From the NCBI GenBank assembly GCA_963795385.1, contig CAWCHK010000009.1, positions 17,632 through 81,631 of the forward strand: a DNA stretch of 64,000 bases, read 5' to 3'. This document shows, in pieces, positions 52,933 to 64,000 of this stretch (positions within the stretch are counted from its first letter, which is position 1; every line of letters starts with the position of its first letter). Position numbers and translations under genes: made by a program. The notes beneath the pieces are model-generated. The model worked only from the letters and a program-made list of their open reading frames with translations. It did not search any database and was not told where the DNA came from. Source of the stretch: an uncultured Actinomycetota bacterium (lineage in GTDB: Bacteria > Actinomycetota > Actinomycetes > Actinomycetales > CAVURS01).

Positions 52933-52961
52933 CTCCGCCCGGCCGCCAAGGAGCAGGGACC

Positions 52962-53390
52962 GTGTCCGACAACGCTGTGGGCATCGTGGATCGGCTGATC
53001 ACGGCGATGAACAGTCATGATGCCGGCGCCGTCGCCGCCCTCTTCGCGGTCGACTACCGCAGCGAGCAGCCGCTGCATCCGAGCCGAGGCTTCGGCGGCC
53101 GGGAGCAGGCACTGGCGAACTGGACGTCGGTCTTCGAGGGGGTGCCGGACTTCTCGGCCGCCCGGTTGTCCTCAACCTCCGCCGACGGCACGGTCTGGAT
53201 GGAGCACCACTGGACGGGTACGCATCGCGACGGCTCGCCGTTCTCGATGCGCGGCGTGATCGTCGCCGGCGTGGATGAGGACCGGATCCGGTGGGCCCGG
53301 CTGTACATGGAGCCGGTCGACGGTGATGACGCCGACATCGACCGGGCCGTGCAGGTGCTCTACCGCCCGCCGGGTGCGACCGGCGGCTGA
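52962..53390 (+). CDS. SnoaL/NTF2-like protein
   Basis: AMNSHD...SEQPLHPSRGFGG...GVPDF...RLYMEPV. Confidence 0.82.
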   Translation: MSDNAVGIVDRLITAMNSHDAGAVAALFAVDYRSEQPLHPSRGFGGREQALANWTSVFEGVPDFSAARLSSTSADGTVWMEHHWTGTHRDGSPFSMRGVIVAGVDEDRIRWARLYMEPVDGDDADIDRAVQVLYRPPGATGG

Positions 53391-53431
53391 CAGCGGCCGG
53401 CGGCATCGGCAGTCGCCGTACGATGCCCGGC

Positions 53432-54010
53432 ATGCTGATCTACTCCATGAACGTCTCGGTGGACGGCTTCATCACTGACCGCGACGGCGGGTTCGGGTGG
53501 ACCGTCCCTGACGATGAGCAGTTCCAGTTCCACGTCGAACAGGTGGGCGAGCTCGGCGGCTATCTGCTCGGACGCAGGCTCTACGAGACGATGCTGCCCT
53601 GGGAGACGGACCCGTCCCTGCGGGACAGCGAGGCCGGGGCCGCGTTCGCCGACATCTGGTGCGCCCTCCCGAAGGTCGTCTTCAGCCGCACGCTCGACCG
53701 GGTGCAGGGCAACGCGCGGCTGGCCACGGCGTCCGTGGCCGAGGAGGTCGCGGCCGCGGTCGACGCGACGGACAGGGACGTCTCGATCGGGGGTGCCGCC
53801 CTGGCCGCGCAGGCGATCGGACTCGGTCTGGTGGACGAGCTGCGCCTGTTGCGCGGTCCGGTCGTCCTCGGTGGCGGTACCCCCTTCCTGCCCCCGGTGA
53901 CCGAGAGCGTCCGACTGGACCTGGTCGAGACGAGGACGTTCGGCTCCCGGGTGATCTACGAGCGCTACGCGCGGAGCGGTGCTCCGACGGGACCGGGGAC
54001 ACGGCGATGA
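53432..54010 (+). CDS. Dihydrofolate reductase-like (RibD C-terminal) protein
   Basis: SVDGFI, LGRRLYE, KVVFSRTL, IGGA, LVDEL, PVVLGGG. Confidence 0.87.
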   Translation: MLIYSMNVSVDGFITDRDGGFGWTVPDDEQFQFHVEQVGELGGYLLGRRLYETMLPWETDPSLRDSEAGAAFADIWCALPKVVFSRTLDRVQGNARLATASVAEEVAAAVDATDRDVSIGGAALAAQAIGLGLVDELRLLRGPVVLGGGTPFLPPVTESVRLDLVETRTFGSRVIYERYARSGAPTGPGTRR

Positions 54011-54348
54011 GCGATGAGCCCGCGGGTCCGCAGACGCGGGGCGTCGCGGTGGAGGTCCTGGCCACGGTCGACCTCGGCCCCGAGATCCCTGGCCTGACGG
54101 GGCGGCAGCTCCGGATGCGCATGGTGACGATGGAGCCGGGGGGTGTGTTCGGCCCGGTCCACGACCACGAGGGAAGGCCCGGGACCGTCTACGTCCTGCA
54201 GGGGACGATCACCGACCATCGGGATGGCGTCGCAACGGACTACGGGCCGGGTGCCGGCTGGCCCGAGGACCGGACCACCGTCCACTGGCTCGAGAACAGG
54301 GGAGCGGTTCCGGCGGTGGAGATCTCGGTCGACATCGTCGGCGAGTAG
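54007..54348 (+). CDS. Cupin domain protein
   Basis: [28 protein letters not shown]. Confidence 0.82.
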   Translation: MSDEPAGPQTRGVAVEVLATVDLGPEIPGLTGRQLRMRMVTMEPGGVFGPVHDHEGRPGTVYVLQGTITDHRDGVATDYGPGAGWPEDRTTVHWLENRGAVPAVEISVDIVGE

Positions 54349-54410
54349 ACGCCCGCGTCGAGGGTCATCCCGCTGCCAGTGCGGAGAGCGCGGCGCACCG
54401 GTCGATGCGG

Positions 54411-54986
54411 TCAGGAGGTCGGCCAACCCTCGGCGTTGATGTACCAGACCGCCGACGTCAGCACCACGGCGACCAGGAGCGCGAACAGCAGGCCGCCGGC
54501 GACCGGCAGGAACCACCGGGGGGCGCGCCGGGACCGGACGGCGACGACCTTGACCACCACGGCACCGAAGACCGCGCAGCCGAGTACGCCGTGCACGACC
54601 GTGCGCGTCGCTACCTTCTCGCCGTCCTTCAGGGTGCCGCTCTCCAGCCCCAATGCCCAAAGGCAGTGGTAGGCAACGAAGATCGCGAGCAGCAGGGCAG
54701 TCGTACCGCAGATGCGGTGGGCCGGCCCGACCCAGGAGGGTGCCGAGATCCCGAGCTTGCCGTACATCCACAGGGCGCCGACGAGCTGCAGCAGGACCAG
54801 GACCCCGATGACCGTCGTGACGACGACCTTCATGTCGATGACCGTGTGGAAGCCGAGCGTCGTGGTGCCGTTGAGCGTCGGGTCGTGGACCTTCCCGAAC
54901 ACCCCGAGGAGAAGCGCGACGACAGCGCCGCCGGCGAACGCCGCCAACGGGATGGCCATGCCCCGACGCTCCGACGGGTCCGTCAT
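54411..54986 (-). CDS. DUF6529-like membrane protein (His-containing, cytochrome b-like)
   Basis: 4-5 TM segments with HR, YHCLW and HGVLG. Confidence 0.7.
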   Translation of the reverse strand: MTDPSERRGMAIPLAAFAGGAVVALLLGVFGKVHDPTLNGTTTLGFHTVIDMKVVVTTVIGVLVLLQLVGALWMYGKLGISAPSWVGPAHRICGTTALLLAIFVAYHCLWALGLESGTLKDGEKVATRTVVHGVLGCAVFGAVVVKVVAVRSRRAPRWFLPVAGGLLFALLVAVVLTSAVWYINAEGWPTS

Positions 54987-55073
54987 TGCTCCAGGATGCT
55001 CCGAGCAGGGCCGCTTGGGAATGGCTCACCGGCCCAGGGGCCGCCCATACTCACCCGCGGCATACTCCTCGAC

Positions 55074-56033
55074 GTGACCGATGACGATCGCGTGCGTCCC
55101 GTCGGACCCGTCGACGCCGCCAAGATCCCGCGCTATGCCGGGCTGTCGACGTTCGCGCGGCTTCCGCGCCTCGAGGACGTCGGCCGCGCCGATGTCGCCG
55201 TGGTCGGCGTGCCGTTCGACACCAGCGTCAGCTACCGGCCGGGCGCGCGGTTCGGGCCGGCGCACATCCGGCAGAGCTCACGGCTGCTCCGGCCCTACAA
55301 CCCCGCGCTGGACGTGATGCCCTTCCACACCCAGCAGGTGGCCGACGCCGGCGACATCGCCGCCAACCCGTTCGACATCCAGGACGCGATCGCCGAGATC
55401 GACCGCGCCGCAACGGAGCTCACGGCCGGCGGCACCAAGCTGCTCACCCTCGGCGGCGACCATACGATCGCACTGCCGCTGCTGCGCACCATGCACCGCC
55501 GGCACGGCCCCTTGGCCGTGCTCCACTTCGACGCACACCTCGACACGTGGGACACCTACTTCGGCGAGCCCTACACCCATGGCACGCCCTTCCGCCGAGC
55601 GTCCGAGGAGGGCCTGATCGACAAGGACCACAGTCTCCATGTCGGCATCCGCGGCCCGCTCTACGGACCGCACGACCTCCCGGAGTCCGGCGACCTCGGC
55701 TTCACGACCATCCACTGTGCCGAGCTCGAGACCCTCGGCGTCGCGGGCACCGTCGACCGGATGCGCGAGCGGCTCGGGACCGGACCGGTCTACGTCTCGG
55801 TCGACATCGATGTCCTCGACCCCGCGCACGCGCCCGGCACCGGTACTCCGGAGGCTGGCGGCATGACGTCGCGCGAGCTGCTCGGCGTCCTGCGCGGCCT
55901 GGCCGGGCTCGACGTCGTCTCGGCGGACATCGTCGAGGTGGCACCGGCGTACGACCACGCGGAGATCACCGGCATCGCTGCCTCGCATGTCGCCTATGAG
56001 CTGCTTTCGGTCCTCGCATCCACTGCTGCGTAA
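55074..56033 (+). CDS. speB: Agmatinase/guanidinobutyrase (ureohydrolase)
   Basis: GARFGP, GGDH, DAHLD, HGTPF, DIDVLDP, GTGTPE, EVAP. Confidence 0.85.
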   Translation: MTDDDRVRPVGPVDAAKIPRYAGLSTFARLPRLEDVGRADVAVVGVPFDTSVSYRPGARFGPAHIRQSSRLLRPYNPALDVMPFHTQQVADAGDIAANPFDIQDAIAEIDRAATELTAGGTKLLTLGGDHTIALPLLRTMHRRHGPLAVLHFDAHLDTWDTYFGEPYTHGTPFRRASEEGLIDKDHSLHVGIRGPLYGPHDLPESGDLGFTTIHCAELETLGVAGTVDRMRERLGTGPVYVSVDIDVLDPAHAPGTGTPEAGGMTSRELLGVLRGLAGLDVVSADIVEVAPAYDHAEITGIAASHVAYELLSVLASTAA

Positions 56034-56093
56034 AGGATTCGTCAAGGCTCTCTCACCTTCCGCACCCACCCGCCAACGGACAGACTGTCGGCC

Positions 56094-57554
56094 ATGTCTT
56101 CCACCGCGCAGCAGCCGCGCATCTCCGGTGTAGAGGTTCGGTCGATCGACTACGTCCCGCTGAGCGAGCGCCACGGCAAGCTGTGGCACCTCGGCCCCCT
56201 GTGGTTCATGTCGAACGCGCAGATCGCCACTCTCGCAGTGGGACTGATCAGCTTCTCCGAGGGCGGGAACGTCATCTGGTCGATCATCGCGATCGTCGTG
56301 GGTGTCCTGGTGGGAACGCTGTTCATGGCCTTCCACTCGGCCCAGGGTCCCCAGCTGGGGCTGCCGCAGATGATCCAGTCGCGGCCGCAGTTCGGCTATC
56401 TCGGCGCCCTGCTGGTGTGGCTCTTCGCCTACCTGCAGTACGCCGGCTTCAACGTCTTCAACACGATCCTGGCCGGCCGGGCGCTCCACTCCACCGTCCG
56501 TGGGCCGGTCAAGATGTGGGTCGTCGTCGCGACGATCGTCGCGTTCGTCATCGCCGTCGTCGGCTACGACCTGATCCACAAGGCGGAGCAGTACCTCACC
56601 TACGCCACCGTGGTGATCGTCGGCATCTTCACGGTCGTCGTCCTGACCCTCCACTACCCGGCCGGGTCGTTCGACCTCTCGGGCTTCAAGTGGACGCCCT
56701 TCCTCGGCCAGTTCGGCGTGGTCGCCGGCTACCAGATCAGCTGGGCCATCTACGTTTCCGACTACTCCCGCTACCTCCCACCGAACGTCACGGTCCGCAA
56801 GACGTTCTACTGGACGTACTTCGGCTCGGCCATCGGCGGCGGCTGGTTGATGTTGCTGGGGGCGCTCCTGGCCGGCTGGGCTGGTGACAAGTTCGACGGC
56901 ACCGGCATCGCCGAGATCCTGCAGGCCGGGAACAAGGTCTTCGACGGCTTCGGTGACATCGTCCTGATCCTGTCGGCGATCGGTCTGATGTCGGTCACGG
57001 CCCTGAACATGTACGGCGGGTCACTGACCTTGATCAGTGGTCTCGACTCGTTCAGCCGGGTCCGTCCGACGCTGCAGGTCCGGTTGCTGACGATCGGGAT
57101 CACGGCGCTGCTGTCGCTGGTCGGCGCCCTCGCGGCGACGGACAACTTCCTCGCCAACTTCAACAACTTCCTGCTGCTGATCCTCTACCTGTTCATCCCG
57201 TGGACGGCGGTCAACCTGGTCGACTACTACGTCGTCCGCAAGGGCCACTATGCGATCGCCGAGATCTTCAAGGCCGACGGTCTCTACGGTCGATGGGGCT
57301 GGCGCGGCATCGCAGCGTACGTCATCGGCTTCGTGGCGATGATCCCGTTCTTCTCGGTCGGGACGCTCTTCACCGGGCCGTTCGCCAAGCACGTGCTCGA
57401 CGGCGCGGACATCTCGTTCTTCATCGGGCTCCCCGTCGCCGGCATCCTCTACTGGCTCTTCTGCCGCTCCATCGATGTCGAGGCCGAGCGTCGGTTGGCC
57501 GACGCCGAGGCCGAGCAGTTGGAGACGGCCGCCGCGCAGCACGAGCTTCCGTGA
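56094..57554 (+). CDS. NCS1 purine-cytosine permease family transporter
   Basis: SIDYVP, GLPQMIQSRPQFG, YVSDYSRYLP, PWTAVNLVDYY. Confidence 0.88.
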   Translation: MSSTAQQPRISGVEVRSIDYVPLSERHGKLWHLGPLWFMSNAQIATLAVGLISFSEGGNVIWSIIAIVVGVLVGTLFMAFHSAQGPQLGLPQMIQSRPQFGYLGALLVWLFAYLQYAGFNVFNTILAGRALHSTVRGPVKMWVVVATIVAFVIAVVGYDLIHKAEQYLTYATVVIVGIFTVVVLTLHYPAGSFDLSGFKWTPFLGQFGVVAGYQISWAIYVSDYSRYLPPNVTVRKTFYWTYFGSAIGGGWLMLLGALLAGWAGDKFDGTGIAEILQAGNKVFDGFGDIVLILSAIGLMSVTALNMYGGSLTLISGLDSFSRVRPTLQVRLLTIGITALLSLVGALAATDNFLANFNNFLLLILYLFIPWTAVNLVDYYVVRKGHYAIAEIFKADGLYGRWGWRGIAAYVIGFVAMIPFFSVGTLFTGPFAKHVLDGADISFFIGLPVAGILYWLFCRSIDVEAERRLADAEAEQLETAAAQHELP

Positions 57555-58903
57555 CCGACGCCTGGGCGACCGCTCAGGCCATCGCCGACGGATCCCTGAC
57601 CGCGACGGCCGCCGTCGGGCGGGCGCTCGAGGCGATCCGCAGCGCCGACCCGGCGATCAACGCGTTCACGGTCGTGCGGGAGGAGGACGCCCTCCGCTCC
57701 GCCGCAGCGGTGGACCGAGGAGAGCGCACCGGGCCGCTGGTCGGCGTGCCGATCTCGGTCAAGGACCACGTCTGGCTGGCCGGATGGCCGGCCACCAACG
57801 GGTCGAGGGCGTTGCAGGACTTCGTGCCCGCCGAGGACTGCGTCTGCGTCGAACGGCTGGTGGCGGCTGGTGCCGTGGTCGTGGGCAAGACCAACAACCC
57901 CGAGTTCTGCTACCGAGGGACCACCTTCAACGAGGTGTACGGCGTCTCCCGCAACCCGCGAGACCTGACCCGCACGACGGGAGGCTCCAGCGGAGGCGCC
58001 GCAGCGTCCGTCGCGGCCGGCCTGGTCCCGATCGCGGTGGGCACGGACGGCGGTGGGTCGATCCGGATTCCTTCGGCGTTCTGCGGCGTCTACGGCATCA
58101 AGCCGACGTTCGGGCTCGTCCCCAAGGTTCCGGGCTTCCGCGGCTGGCCGACCCTCTCGGTCACGGGCCCGATCGCCGGATCGGTCCGCGACCTCGCCCT
58201 GGCCCTGTCCGTGATGGCCGGCCCGTCGTCGCGCGACCCCCTGACCTACCCGGCGCCTGAGGCGGATCTCCTTGCGGCAGTGGCCAACCCGGGCTGGTCC
58301 GGCCTGCGGGTCGCAGCCTCCGAGGACCTGGGCTTCGCGGCGGTCGACCCCGACGTGCGGGCGGCCTTCCGGTTGGCGCTCGAGTCGATCCGGGCGGTCG
58401 GCGTGCTGGTCACGGACGCCCACCCGGAGGCGATCGACCCCGGCCCGCTGTGGGACGCGATCGCGCTGCCGGAGGGTTACGCGTCCGAGGGACCGCTGCT
58501 CGAGGCCCAGCCCGACCGGGTCGGCGCCGATGCCGCGGCGATCATCGAGGCCGGTCGCGGCGCCCGCGCCCGCGACTACCTCGACGCCCAGGACGCGCGC
58601 GGGCGCTTCACCCAGGTCTGGGCGCGGTTCTTCGATGACTACGACGTGCTGCTCACGCCGACCATGCCGGTGACGGCGTTCTCGGCCGACCGGATGGCGC
58701 CGGAGACCCTTGACGGGCAACCGGTCCCGCAGACCTTCGACGCGTGGTGCGCCCTGGCCCTGCCGGCCAACCTGGCGGGGCTGCCCGCGGTCTCGGTGCC
58801 GGTCGGTCCGGGGCGTGACGGACTGCCGGTCGGGCTCCAGCTCATCGGGCCGCGCTGGTCCGAGGCCCGGCTGCTCCAGGCGGCCGCCGCCATCCGCCCC
58901 TGA
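57551..58903 (+). CDS. Amidase (amidase-signature family)
   Basis: [26 protein letters not shown]. Confidence 0.9.
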   Translation: MTDAWATAQAIADGSLTATAAVGRALEAIRSADPAINAFTVVREEDALRSAAAVDRGERTGPLVGVPISVKDHVWLAGWPATNGSRALQDFVPAEDCVCVERLVAAGAVVVGKTNNPEFCYRGTTFNEVYGVSRNPRDLTRTTGGSSGGAAASVAAGLVPIAVGTDGGGSIRIPSAFCGVYGIKPTFGLVPKVPGFRGWPTLSVTGPIAGSVRDLALALSVMAGPSSRDPLTYPAPEADLLAAVANPGWSGLRVAASEDLGFAAVDPDVRAAFRLALESIRAVGVLVTDAHPEAIDPGPLWDAIALPEGYASEGPLLEAQPDRVGADAAAIIEAGRGARARDYLDAQDARGRFTQVWARFFDDYDVLLTPTMPVTAFSADRMAPETLDGQPVPQTFDAWCALALPANLAGLPAVSVPVGPGRDGLPVGLQLIGPRWSEARLLQAAAAIRP

Positions 58904-58962
58904 CCGCATCAACTGCTGACCACGTCGGCCTCTGACCGCGTGGGTCACTGGACCGCCGAGCG

Positions 58963-59775
58963 TCAGCCGGGCCAGGCCCTCGGTTCGTAGCGCGCCTTCA
59001 GCGCCTCCTGGGCCCGGGTCATGCGCAGCACCACGGGCACGAACGCGGCGTAGGCGGCGATGGCCAGCGCGGCGGCGATGATCTCCAGCACCGGGTTGAC
59101 CCCCCGATGACCGGTGTAGGGCCCGCTCGTCGCGTCGGACACGTCGGCGGATGCCCCGATGACGGAGAGCCGGACCCCCCAGCCGCCCAGGACCGCGAAC
59201 ACGAGCCAGAGGCCCCACCACAGCTGCGTCGGCTTGTACGTCGCGCCAGGTGGGTTGCCGGCTGCCCCCACGGTGATCCGCCAGCTGTCGTCGACGATCT
59301 GCTTGGGGAACCACCACGACACGATGGGGACCAGCCAGCCGAGCCAGCACCACACCGCTGACCGACGCACCAGCTGAGGGGCCAGCAGCCGGGCGTTGGA
59401 GTGCGCCGCCGCCAGCCAGAGTGACCCGACGATCCACAGCGGGACGAAGACGAGTCCCAGGATGCCGACCAGGTCGTAGGCCGATGTCACGCTGCGGGTG
59501 TCGATGCCCTGAGCGGCGGCCCGGTCGTAGGCGTGCACGGCGGCTGGTGCGGTGGCCGCGTGCAGGACGTAGTACGCCACCAGGACGCCGCCCAGGATGA
59601 GCAGGGCCGTGCTCAGGCCCTCGTTGCCCTTGATGCCGGCCGTCGTGGGGACGTAGGCGGGCTGGGCCGCCTGCGGTAGCGGGAACTGCTGCGGGGGCGG
59701 GAACTGCTGCGGCGGCGGGAACTGCTGCGGCGGCGTGGCCTCGGGCTGCTGCCACGGGTCGGTCGGATCGCTCAC
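58963..59775 (-). CDS. DUF4328-like membrane protein with N-terminal PPQQF repeats
   Basis: WLGWLVPIVSWWFP, LWWGLW; 15-bp tandem repeats at about 59680-59735. Confidence 0.7.
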   Translation of the reverse strand: MSDPTDPWQQPEATPPQQFPPPQQFPPPQQFPLPQAAQPAYVPTTAGIKGNEGLSTALLILGGVLVAYYVLHAATAPAAVHAYDRAAAQGIDTRSVTSAYDLVGILGLVFVPLWIVGSLWLAAAHSNARLLAPQLVRRSAVWCWLGWLVPIVSWWFPKQIVDDSWRITVGAAGNPPGATYKPTQLWWGLWLVFAVLGGWGVRLSVIGASADVSDATSGPYTGHRGVNPVLEIIAAALAIAAYAAFVPVVLRMTRAQEALKARYEPRAWPG

Positions 59776-59877
59776 GTCACCCCTCACGGTCGCGCAGCCG
59801 GTCCGGCACCGGATGCTGACACCTGCGTCCACAGTCCATCGGCCGAACCGGCCCGATGCTGGAGTCGCGAGGGGAGA

Positions 59878-61534
<1,657 letters not shown>

Positions 61535-61542
<8 letters not shown>

Positions 61543-63181
61543 GACCGTCATCCTGTCGGATGCCCGCGGCCCGCGCCAAAGCCATCACCTCTCGGACCGC
61601 GGCCACCGGCACGTGGTCGGTGGCACCGTAGACGGTCAACAGCCAGCCGCCGTGCTCGTCATGCGCGCCGAGCCCGACGACGTACCGCATTCCCATGCGC
61701 CGCAACAGTTCTGTCGTGAGCTCGTCCGACCGGTCGACCGGCGTCTGGTCGACGTCGTAGCCGAAGACCCAGCCGTCCCCCATCGCCGCCGCCGCGCCCG
61801 GGAAGTCCTCGACCAGCCGCATCTCGTTGGCGATGTCGGCCTCCTCCGGCGCCGGCTCGGAGCCGAGCCGCGCCCGCCGCATGCCCAGGGAGTCCAGGAC
61901 GATCTCCACGCCGGCCGGGCCGTCCCGCACCGTGCTCAGGACCCAGCGGTCGAGATCGAGCGGCCCGAGCACGGTGTCGCCCATCCAGCGCAGGCTGCCC
62001 GGCACGTCCTCGGGCGCCTCGTCCAGGCCCTCCGCGAGCGCCTGGACGGCCTCCGCCACCGCCGCGGCGGCATCGGCGGCGTACGGCCGGTCGGTGGCGT
62101 CGTCCCAGCGGCGCCGCCGGGCCGCGGCCGGCTTCCGCGGCCGGGCGCGCAGCAGCTCGTGCTCGGACTCGCCGAGGTCGGAGGAGAGCAGGAGCTGCGC
62201 GCCCCGGTGCTTGGCGCCGTAGAGAGCGGCGTCAGCGGTGACCAGGAGCGTCCGCGGGAGCGTCCCGGCCGGTGCCGCCGCGACGCCGCAGCTGATGGTC
62301 GCGGCCTGCGGGCCACGCTGCAGCAGCGCGGCCGCCCGCTGCGCGACCGCGACGGCCTGGGCCCGTACGTCCCCCGGCAGCAGCAGCGCGAACTCGTCGC
62401 CGCCGATCCGGGCCGCCACGCAGCCGTCGACCCGGCTGGCGACCACCGACAGGGCGTCGGCGGCCAGGATGATCACCCGGTCGCCCGCGTCGTGACCGGC
62501 CTCGTCGTTGATCCCCTTGAGGTTGTCGAGGTCGCACAGGACCACCGTGGCGCCGGCCTGGCCCGGCTGCAGCAGCTCGGCCAGCCGGTCGTCGAACACC
62601 CTGCGGTTGGCCAGCCGGGTCAGGGGGTCCTCGAACGCCATCCTGGCGGTGCGCTCGAGCAGCTCGCCGGACGCGACGACCTCGCCGATCAGGGCGGCCA
62701 CCTCGATGGCCAGCGTCAGGTCCTCCGGACCGTACGCCGCATGCTCGGCCGAGCGGGTGGCCCACATCTCGCCCCAGAGCCGGCCCTCGCTCGGGATCGG
62801 GACGGTCATGCCCGACGCCATGCCCGCGCCCTGCAGGATCGTCCGGTCCGGCTCGGGTCCCTCCGCGTCGCCGGCCTGGACCAGGAAGCCGGTCCCCTCG
62901 AGCAGCACGACCGCCTCGCGGGCCAGCTGGTACACCTCCTCCTCGGGGAAGCGCACCTCGCCGGGGGCGAGGACACCGAGGTTGACCCGGGTCACCAGCC
63001 GGCCGAGGTCGCGGTCCCAGGAGGAGATGGACAGGCTGTCGGCGCCCAGCGCGGACAGCGCCTGCTCGCCGCTGATCTCCAGGACGTCGATGAACCGGCG
63101 GCTGGAGCGCAGCGCCAGCACGAGATCGTGCAGGCCGTGCAGCGCCGCCGTCGAGGGTGGCTGCGGGTCGGGCGCGGTCAT
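61535..63181 (-). CDS. GAF-GGDEF diguanylate cyclase
   Basis: GAF region, [33 protein letters not shown]. Confidence 0.87.
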
Positions 63182-63201
63182 GGGCCCCCTCCCCGGGTGC
63201 G

Positions 63202-64000
63202 TCAGTCGCCGGAGGTGCCCGCCGCGGGCTCCGCCTTCTTCGCCGTCTCCTCGGCCGTCTCGCCGGCCGTCTCGCTGGCCGTCTCGCTGGCCGTCTCGCT
63301 GGCCTGGGCCGGGCGCAGCCAGATCGCGCCCAGCGGGGGAAGGCTAACGCTCGCGGACGCCGGCTGGGCGTGCCAGGACTCCTCGCTCGCCTGGACGAGC
63401 CCCAGGTTGCCGACGCCGGAGCCGCCGTAGCCCTCGGCGTCGGTGTTGAGCACCTCGTCCCAGGCCCCCGCCAGCGGCAGGCCGATCCGGTAGTCGAAGT
63501 GGGGGGTGCCGGCGAAGTTGATGGCGCAGGCCAGCACGTCGCGCGGGCCCCCGTCGCCCTGCCGGATGAAGGTGAACGTGTTGCCGGCCGCGTCGTTGGC
63601 GTCGATCCAGCGGAACCCCTCGGGTGTGAGGTCGCGCGTCCACATCGCCGGCGTCTCGCGGTAGACCCGGTTGAGGTCCTTCACCATCTGATGGATGCCG
63701 AGGTGCCACGGCTGGTCCAGCAGCCACCAGTCCAGGCTGCGGCTGTCGGCCCACTCCGACTCCTGGCCGAACTCCGTGCCCATGAAGAGCAGCTGCTTGC
63801 CGGGGTGCGCCCACATCAGTGCGAGGTACGCCCGCAGGGTCGCGAGCTGCTTCCACCGGTCGCCGGGGATCTTGCGCAGCAGCGACCCCTTGCCGTGGAC
63901 GACCTCGTCGTGGCTGATCGGCAGGACGAAGTTCTCGCTCCAGGCGTACATCAGGGAGAAGGTCATCTCGTGGTGGTGCCACTGCCGGTGCACCGGCTCG
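63202..64000 (-). CDS. glgB: 1,4-alpha-glucan branching enzyme, 3' part
   Basis: LPISHDEVVHGKGS, HPGKQLLFMG, LNTDAEGYGGSG; repetitive ASET tail. Confidence 0.95.
   Translation of the reverse strand, partial: EPVHRQWHHHEMTFSLMYAWSENFVLPISHDEVVHGKGSLLRKIPGDRWKQLATLRAYLALMWAHPGKQLLFMGTEFGQESEWADSRSLDWWLLDQPWHLGIHQMVKDLNRVYRETPAMWTRDLTPEGFRWIDANDAAGNTFTFIRQGDGGPRDVLACAINFAGTPHFDYRIGLPLAGAWDEVLNTDAEGYGGSGVGNLGLVQASEESWHAQPASASVSLPPLGAIWLRPAQASETASETASETAGETAEETAKKAEPAAGTSGD

Noticed and set aside
63241-63304. 12-bp tandem repeats in the glgB tail; PPQQF repeats near 59700
   Set aside because: In-frame low-complexity linkers with no evidence of a separate function.

Overview
High-GC actinomycete chromosome segment, non-mycobacterial (inferred from the Streptomyces-like gene order). 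It follows a conserved core order: end of tsaC/sua5, wecA, atpI-BEFHAGDC, DUF2550, pduO, murA, nucS, filP/scy-like, mce, thiolase, meaB, marR, icmA, ybbN, pgm, glgB. B12-dependent acyl-CoA genes (ecm/meaA, ccr, mce, icmA, meaB, pduO) are concentrated here. Accessory inserts include a three-gene phospholipid operon with a PlsC-DedA fusion behind a MacRS-like two-component system, an esterase-esterase-ATP-grasp cluster with a hidden AT-rich secreted-peptide-like ORF, and a ureohydrolase-NCS1 permease-amidase unit. Other notable signals are a mycobacterial-type Fo sector (bedaquiline-site residues conserved) joined to a non-mycobacterial delta/F1, a perfect 46-bp palindrome encoding identical C-termini of two convergent genes, short duplications seeded at TGA stop codons, and widespread leaderless promoters. 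Two blocks (about 0.7-8.8 kb and 46.5-52.3 kb) carry many single-base indels, most likely long-read assembly errors. No rRNA, tRNA, CRISPR or transposase was seen. All family calls come from motif recognition, not database searches.
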